This document shows, piece after piece, positions 58,241-64,000 of a stretch of 64,000 nt of DNA. The notes under the pieces were generated by a model. The model worked only from the letters and a program-made list of their open reading frames with translations, ran no database searches and had not been told where the DNA came from. A program made the translations under genes and the position numbers. The stretch is from Candidatus Saccharimonadota bacterium (GTDB lineage: Bacteria; Patescibacteriota; Saccharimonadia; Saccharimonadales; JAUPVS01): positions 3,025-67,024 of the forward strand of contig JBAXGG010000001.1 in the NCBI GenBank assembly GCA_037139495.1. Direction: 5' to 3'. Every line of letters starts with the position of its first letter. Position 1 is the stretch's first letter.

Positions 58241-58317
58241 GGGTGATTAGCTCAGTTGGCTAGAGCATCTCGTTTACACCGAGAGGGTCGGGGGTTCGAG
58301 TCCCTCATCACCCACCA
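58241..58317 (+). tRNA. tRNA-Val(TAC)
   Basis: Anticodon arm TCTCG-TT-TAC-AC-CGAGA, GTTCGA, CCA. Confidence 0.97.
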
Positions 58318-58323
58318 AATAAC

Positions 58324-58351
58324 AGTCCCAATAAATCGGGGCTTTTTATTT
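58324..58351 (+). terminator. Terminator after tRNA pair
   Basis: AGTCCC/GGGGCT stem plus T-rich tract. Confidence 0.6.
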
Positions 58352-58671
58352 GTTTAATAATAGTCATTTTAGCTGTACATTATCAGTCGCTATAGATATG
58401 GAACAATAAGCTGCGGACAAAGATCTCAGCTTAGAAGACTAAAATAGCTCATTTAGCTCAGTTGGATACGACGGGGAAAGTATCCTTATGGTCTTGGCAG
58501 GAATAACAGTTCTATAGCGCAACAAGTTTGTTATGAGTGCTCCAGGCGACACGGCGTTACCGATTGAGCTGATCTGTATTTAACTCAAAAAAACTAATGC
58601 TAATGACCGCTGTCATGGCAACTAAATAGTGCTATAATTGGGATATAAATTAATCACGGGAGAAGAGCAGC

Positions 58672-59235
58672 ATGATAATCATAATTATCCTCGTAGTAAT
58701 TGCCATTTCAGTTCTGGCCGTAATCTTTATGTATAACGGCCTAGTCCGTTTAAATACTCGTACTGAAGAAGCTTGGAGTGACATTACTGTTCAGCTAAAG
58801 CGCCGGTACGACCTGATACCCAACCTAGTTAATACTGTAAAAGGTTACGCAAAGCACGAAAAAACTGTTTTCGAGGATGTTACCAAGGCTCGCACGCAAG
58901 CTATGGGCGCCCAAGGTCCGGCCGAAACTGCTAAAGCCGAAAACCAATTCTCGCAGACTCTAAAAAGTCTCTTCGCGGTTGCCGAGGCCTACCCAGACCT
59001 AAAAGCCAGCCAGAACTTCCAGGATCTTCAGGCTGAATTAACTGATACCGAAGATAAGATTCAAGCGTCACGACGTTTCTATAATGGCTCGGTACGTGAT
59101 CTCAATATTAAGATTAAAACCTTCCCAACTAATATTTTTGCTACAAAACTAGGTTTTAAGATTCGTGAGTTCTTCGAGGTCGAAGAATCCGAAGCTGCTG
59201 CCGTAGCAAAACCTACTGACGTAAACTTCAACTAG
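58672..59235 (+). CDS. lemA: LemA-family protein
   Basis: [44 protein letters not shown]. Confidence 0.95.
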   Translation: MIIIIILVVIAISVLAVIFMYNGLVRLNTRTEEAWSDITVQLKRRYDLIPNLVNTVKGYAKHEKTVFEDVTKARTQAMGAQGPAETAKAENQFSQTLKSLFAVAEAYPDLKASQNFQDLQAELTDTEDKIQASRRFYNGSVRDLNIKIKTFPTNIFATKLGFKIREFFEVEESEAAAVAKPTDVNFN

Positions 59236-59243
59236 TTTAAATA

Positions 59244-60122
59244 ATGTATAGCCAGATTGCGGCCAATAAGCGGAAGACAATCTACTTAATTGTAGGATTT
59301 ATTCTGTTAGTTACTGCTTTGGGCTTAATCTTCAGCTTATTCACCATCGGTGACCCCAGTATAACGCTGTATGTTATCGCTGTTGCGCTGTTGTATGCCA
59401 CGGTTGCCTATTATGTATCAAGCCGGGCGGCCTTGAGTTTAAATAAAGCCCAGCAAATTGCTAAAAAAGATAATCCTCGGTTGTATAGAATTGTCGAGAA
59501 CCTGAGTATTACCAATGGACTACCAGTTCCACAGGTCTATGTTATGGATGACCCAGCACCTAATGCTTTTGCGACTGGCCGTGACCCACAGCACGCTAGT
59601 GTAGCCGTCACTAGTGGACTACTACAAATTATGACTGACCAAGAACTGGAAGGGGTATTAGCCCATGAGATGGGTCATGTTAAGAACTATGACATTCGTG
59701 TTTCGATGATTGTATTTGGCCTAGTGGCGGCTATTAGCATCATCGCTGACGTTCTTTTGAGGATGACATGGTTTCGGGACAATGACAACAACAACAGCAA
59801 TGGCATAATAGTGTTGGTTGGAATTGCTGCCGCCATTATTGCACCACTGATAGCGATAATTATTCAAATGGCCGTATCGCGCAAACGTGAATATCTGGCT
59901 GATGCTACTGGGGCTCTGACAACTCGCTACCCAGAAGGCCTCGCCAGTGCTTTAGAGAAAATAAAGAAAACTGGTAGTGCCGTTAAACACCAAAATACAT
60001 CAACTGCTCATTTATTTTTTGCCAACCCTTTAAAAGGTAAAGGCGTGACTACAATGTTCAGTACACATCCACCAATAGACGATCGGATTGCTCGTCTAAA
60101 ACAAATGGAGACGCATCAGTAA
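59244..60122 (+). CDS. htpX: HtpX-like M48 zinc metalloprotease
   Basis: PNAFATG, AHEMGH, SRKREYLADA, STHPP. Confidence 0.93.
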   Translation: MYSQIAANKRKTIYLIVGFILLVTALGLIFSLFTIGDPSITLYVIAVALLYATVAYYVSSRAALSLNKAQQIAKKDNPRLYRIVENLSITNGLPVPQVYVMDDPAPNAFATGRDPQHASVAVTSGLLQIMTDQELEGVLAHEMGHVKNYDIRVSMIVFGLVAAISIIADVLLRMTWFRDNDNNNSNGIIVLVGIAAAIIAPLIAIIIQMAVSRKREYLADATGALTTRYPEGLASALEKIKKTGSAVKHQNTSTAHLFFANPLKGKGVTTMFSTHPPIDDRIARLKQMETHQ

Positions 60123-60127
60123 TAATT

Positions 60128-61078
60128 ATGGCAAAATCTCAATCTCCAAAAAATGAAGTTAAAATAGTGTCTGGTCCAAGAAAGCTAAAAGCCCCAACCT
60201 ACAATCGGGCGCGCTACCATAAACGCATCAAGCACCCTGGCCCAAAGCTGATTAGTAGCTGGAAGATATTCAAGAATAGTATAGGTGTGCTACGTCAGAA
60301 TCAGCGCTTGTTTGGCGGTATAACTGTAATTTATGCACTAGTATCGGTAATTTTAGTCCGTGGTTTTAACAGCGTAACCCAACTTAGTGATACTAAAGCC
60401 GCACTACAGGCCGGACACAGTGGTACATTAAGCACGGGTTTTACTCTGATTGGCAATCTTTTCAGTAACTCCAGTGGTGCTTCGACCCCCGCAGCTAATA
60501 CCTATCAATCAATATTACTTATCATCATGAGTCTGGTATTTATCTTGGCATTGCGTCAGGTGTATTCGCCCGATAGACCGAAAGAAATCCGAATAAAACA
60601 GGCTTTTTACGGGAGCACTTATCCGCTAATTCCGTTCGTACTGGTCTTACTTGTAATTACTTTGGAGCTAATCCCCCTGGTTATTGGTGCGACAATTTAC
60701 TCGGCGGTAATTGGTAATGGTTTGGCGGTTGGGCTGCTTGAGAAGTCGGCTTGGGTGGTTATGTTTTTTGTGCTGGCAGTTTGGTCTATTTACATGCTCA
60801 CTTCGGCAATTTTCGCGCTCTACATAGTTACATTGCCAGACATGACGCCAATCAAAGCCTTACGCTCAGCCAAACAGTTGGTTCAATATCGTCGCTGGAC
60901 AGTAATGCGCAAACTGTTATTCCTGCCACTGATAATCATGCTGATGTACGGCCTAGTGATGTTGCCGATAGTTTTGTGGTTAACACCGCTAGCTGAATGG
61001 CTCTTCTTTATATTTGGGTTAGCGATTCTGGGGGTCGTCCATAGCTACATCTACGCATTGTACAGAGAATTGCTATGA
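60128..61078 (+). CDS. Multi-pass membrane protein of unknown function
   Basis: 316 aa, about 6 TM segments, basic N-terminus; overlaps the ligA start. Confidence 0.75.
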   Translation: MAKSQSPKNEVKIVSGPRKLKAPTYNRARYHKRIKHPGPKLISSWKIFKNSIGVLRQNQRLFGGITVIYALVSVILVRGFNSVTQLSDTKAALQAGHSGTLSTGFTLIGNLFSNSSGASTPAANTYQSILLIIMSLVFILALRQVYSPDRPKEIRIKQAFYGSTYPLIPFVLVLLVITLELIPLVIGATIYSAVIGNGLAVGLLEKSAWVVMFFVLAVWSIYMLTSAIFALYIVTLPDMTPIKALRSAKQLVQYRRWTVMRKLLFLPLIIMLMYGLVMLPIVLWLTPLAEWLFFIFGLAILGVVHSYIYALYRELL

Positions 61079-63105
61079 GTAAAGTTAATAAGGCAGAAGC
61101 TAAGGTGCGAGCTCAAAAATTGCGTACTCAGCTTTCGGAGTATGACTATAACTATTATGTTCTTGATGAGCCGATTGTAACTGATGCCGTTTGGGACGGC
61201 CTAGAACAGGAGCTTAAATCGATAGAAAGCCTGTATCCGGACTTGATTACACCCGATTCGCCGACTCAACGAGTAGTGGGGCAGATTTCTAAAGGCTTCA
61301 GGAGTGTGCCACATAAAATCCGTATGATCAGTTTGAACGATGTTTTTGACGAAGCTGAGGTTGAAGCCTGGGCCAGACGAATCACTAAGCTTTTACCTAC
61401 AGGAACTGAATTTAGCTTTTTTGGAGATGTTAAAAAGGATGGTTTGGCAGCTTCGTTAATATACCAGGATGGGGTTTTCAGCCAAGCTTTAACTAGAGGT
61501 GACGGATTTGTCGGCGAGGACGTTACCACTAATGTCCGAACGATCAAAAATGTCCCCTTACGACTTAGAAAAAATAATGTAACCAAGATATTATTAATGG
61601 GGCGAACAGAAGTCCGCGGTGAGATTGTGATGTTTAAGGAAGATTTCGAAGATCTCAATAAGCAAAGAAAAGCTGCCGGTCAGCCGCTGTTTGCAAATCC
61701 ACGCAATACTGCAGCCGGTACGATCCGGCAGTTAGACCCTAAGCTAGTAGCGGCCCGTCCACTGCAATTTTTGGCATATGACATCTTGCGTGATGAGCCG
61801 GCAGATATCCCTAGTAATCATTTTGCCTATACAGTCTTAAAGGAACTAGGTTTTAGCGGTGGGGAGTATTCAACCAAACTCCCCGACATTATAGCTATTC
61901 ATGACTACGCTGTTGAGTGGGACACTAAACGCCAGGATTTGTCATATAACATCGATGGGCTGGTTATTAAGGTTGACGACCGTCAGCTTTACGCCAAGTT
62001 AGGCGTGGTTGGGAAGACACCGCGGGGGGCAATTGCCTATAAGTATCCCGCCGAACAGTCGACTACTAAAATTAAAGATATATTCATATCGATTGGACGG
62101 ACTGGTGCGGCTACGCCGGTGGCAATTCTTGATCCAGTTTTTATTGCAGGTAGCACAGTTCAAATGGCAACATTACATAATGAAGGAGAAGTCCGACGTA
62201 AGGATATTAGGGTTGGTGACACTGTTGTAGTGCATAAAGCCGGGGACATTATCCCGGAAGTTGTTGAGCCGTTAGTTAAGCTTCGGACTGGCAACGAAAT
62301 TCCATTTGAAATGCCAGAAAATTGTCCTGATTGTAATACTAAACTTGTTAAGTTTAAAAAAGATGAAGCAATTTGGCGTTGCCCAAATATTAGTTGCCCG
62401 TCGCGTTTACATAATCATATCCGGCATTATGCCAGTAAGGGTGCGCTAGATATCGACGGTCTGGGCGAAAAAAACGTTCTGGCATTGTTGGGCGCCGGAT
62501 TGATTGCCGACGCAGCCGACCTATATAAACTGACAGAAGAACAGCTATTGCAGCTGGATCGCTTTGCCGAGGTTTCTGCCAAAAAACTAATTGCTTCTAT
62601 CTCCGATAAAAAGCAACCACTGCTAGCTAAGTTTTTGTTCGGCTTAGGGATCAGACATGTCGGTACACAGACCGCGATTGACCTAGCTAATCACTTTTAC
62701 ACACTGAAAAATCTCCAGTCCGCTAGTACCGAAGCTTTAGCCGCAGTTGATGGTGTTGGTGAAGTCGTTGGAGAGTCATTGGTGGCTTGGTTCGCCGATC
62801 CACTTAACCAGAAATTACTTGATAAGTTTAGCCAGCATGGTGTTGAGCCAGTCCCGGTTCGCCAAACTGGCGGCCCGCTTATCGGCAAAAACTTTGTAGT
62901 TACTGGTAGTTTGGATACTATGAGCCGCGATGAAGCCGCCGATAAAATTCGCACCCTGGGGGGAACTTTTCAGTCAAGTGTCGGTAAAGAAACCGACTAT
63001 CTTGTTGTTGGGGGTAACGTTGGCGCCGGTAAACTCGCTAAGGCTGACAAACTTGGCACTAAACAAATCAGCGAACTAGATTTGCTTAAAATTCTAAGTA
63101 ATTAA
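61075..63105 (+). CDS. ligA: NAD-dependent DNA ligase
   Basis: PDSPTQRV, KKDG adenylation motif, TRGDG, ANPRN, DGLVIK, ATLHN, zinc finger, BRCT. Confidence 0.97.
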   Translation: MSKVNKAEAKVRAQKLRTQLSEYDYNYYVLDEPIVTDAVWDGLEQELKSIESLYPDLITPDSPTQRVVGQISKGFRSVPHKIRMISLNDVFDEAEVEAWARRITKLLPTGTEFSFFGDVKKDGLAASLIYQDGVFSQALTRGDGFVGEDVTTNVRTIKNVPLRLRKNNVTKILLMGRTEVRGEIVMFKEDFEDLNKQRKAAGQPLFANPRNTAAGTIRQLDPKLVAARPLQFLAYDILRDEPADIPSNHFAYTVLKELGFSGGEYSTKLPDIIAIHDYAVEWDTKRQDLSYNIDGLVIKVDDRQLYAKLGVVGKTPRGAIAYKYPAEQSTTKIKDIFISIGRTGAATPVAILDPVFIAGSTVQMATLHNEGEVRRKDIRVGDTVVVHKAGDIIPEVVEPLVKLRTGNEIPFEMPENCPDCNTKLVKFKKDEAIWRCPNISCPSRLHNHIRHYASKGALDIDGLGEKNVLALLGAGLIADAADLYKLTEEQLLQLDRFAEVSAKKLIASISDKKQPLLAKFLFGLGIRHVGTQTAIDLANHFYTLKNLQSASTEALAAVDGVGEVVGESLVAWFADPLNQKLLDKFSQHGVEPVPVRQTGGPLIGKNFVVTGSLDTMSRDEAADKIRTLGGTFQSSVGKETDYLVVGGNVGAGKLAKADKLGTKQISELDLLKILSN

Positions 63106-63139
63106 AAAGACCAAACAGTATAGTTGATCCTTTTAAATG

Positions 63140-63226
63140 TGGTGGGCGAGGTGGGACTTGAACCCACAAGGCCTTTCGACCAACAGATTTTAAGTCTGTC
63201 GCGTATACCAATTCCGCCACTCGCCC
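63140..63226 (-). tRNA. tRNA-Leu(TAA)
   Basis: Reverse-strand cloverleaf, ACAGA-CT-TAA-AA-TCTGT, CCA. Confidence 0.96.
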
Positions 63227-63234
63227 ATTTGTAA

Positions 63235-63308
63235 TGGAGGCACGTATGGGATTTGCACCCATGTACACGGTTTTGCAGACCGTTGCGTAACTACTCCGCC
63301 AACGCGCC
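63235..63308 (-). tRNA. tRNA-Cys(GCA)
   Basis: ACGGT-CT-GCA-AA-ACCGT, U73 discriminator plus CCA; T-loop TGCAAAT. Confidence 0.93.
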
Positions 63309-63350
63309 ATCTAGGCTATTGTAACAGATATGGGGAAGAAAATAACCCTT

Positions 63351-63611
63351 CTATAAGCCGTATTTGGCTTCGACTTCTGCCTGGTTAATACCGTTAGTGA
63401 CATCAGTGAATCCTTGACCCTGAAGAATACCCATGGCCATACCCGATCGACCACCCGAGCGACAATAGACAATTATAGGTTCGTCTTTGGCGACAGATCT
63501 AAGCACAGTAGTCTCGTGCGAGATAGTTCCTAGTGGGATGTTTATCGCCCCAGCAACGTGAGCGGTGGTAAATTCGTGTGGTTCGCGGACGTCAATAATC
63601 GTATATTGCAT
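63351..63611 (-). CDS. Single-domain rhodanese (PspE-like)
   Basis: IIDVREPHEF..AHVAGAINIP, VYCRSGGRS. Confidence 0.92.
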   Translation of the reverse strand: MQYTIIDVREPHEFTTAHVAGAINIPLGTISHETTVLRSVAKDEPIIVYCRSGGRSGMAMGILQGQGFTDVTNGINQAEVEAKYGL

Positions 63612-63797
63612 AGTAACATTATAACTTATCTACTTTTAGTTAGCTTGCTGTGATATTTAAGCTAGACGGCAGCATAGTTCGAAATTTCTAGGGCAATGAT
63701 AATTGTGGAAATGAGCCAGCGCCGTAACTTATGGCTAGCTTTGTTTATTGTGTAAGTTACGGACATAGCTGTGTTTATTATATGCCGAGAGTCAAAT

Positions 63798-63823
63798 AAA
63801 AAGGCCTCTTACGAGACCTTTTT
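63798..63823. terminator. Bidirectional terminator
   Basis: AAAAAGGCCTC-TTAC-GAGACCTTTTT. Confidence 0.7.
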
Positions 63824-63857
63824 GATTCGTATCGCTAAACGCTACGAGAGTAAAAGC

Positions 63858-64000
63858 TTAGTAAGACTTGGTTGCACCAGCTTCTACAGATTTTTCAGCA
63901 GTGTCTTTAGACATCATTGCACAAACGGTTGTTCCGCATTTTGCATGCTTGCCTTTGGCCATGAAACCCCCGGTTTTAGTTTGGACAATCTCTGGAGCCG
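63858..64000 (-). CDS. Partial small protein, DUF5679-like (N-terminus outside the window)
   Basis: ...APEIVQTKTGGFMAKGKHAKCGTTVCAMMSKDTAEKSVEAGATKSY*. Confidence 0.7.
   Translation of the reverse strand, partial: APEIVQTKTGGFMAKGKHAKCGTTVCAMMSKDTAEKSVEAGATKSY

Noticed and set aside
63086-63310. 74-aa ORF
   Set aside because: Reads through tRNA-Cys and tRNA-Leu; spurious.
19799-63766. Several intergenic fragments with in-frame TAG followed by protein-like sequence, suggesting TAG recoding
   Set aside because: Many clear genes end in TAG (pyk, RpfB-like, mltG, lemA) and no suppressor tRNA is seen; decay or chance explains it.

Overview
Compact, gene-dense bacterial chromosomal window in standard code 11. 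It is most consistent with a Patescibacteria/CPR genome, probably Saccharibacteria. This is an inference from the truncated AlaRS, short MetRS, stand-alone FtsA-like gene paired with a baseplate-J-like membrane protein, holin-secG-OppA cluster, pilin-like N-termini and absence of biosynthetic operons. Housekeeping content: lower glycolysis (pyk, pgk, tpiA), DNA repair (pcrA, sbcB, uvrA, uvrC, ligA), translation and RNA metabolism (rsmA, typA, DEAD helicase, RRM protein, metG, alaS, mnmA, cysteine desulfurase, trhO, obgE, rplY), envelope enzymes (RpfB/Apf-like, mltG, LysM-CHAP), transporters, tmRNA and six tRNAs. Main leads: (1) an uncharacterised actin-like FtsA paralog plus a membrane-anchored baseplate-J-like protein coupled to ruvX-mltG; (2) a leader-peptide attenuator (MIKQTTFGTTLPVPAEC) with mutually exclusive hairpins over the SD of an ABC exporter; (3) two tandem orphans that align by eye to the 2H phosphoesterase fold but lack catalytic histidines; (4) a class F sortase with its apparent PPKTG substrate in a small island bounded by tmRNA and a degenerate copy of its 3' end; (5) a 26-aa tmRNA tag, structured 5' UTRs on cold-shock-type genes, a probable AUU start and widespread leaderless genes. 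All family assignments come from motif recognition by eye; no searches were run.
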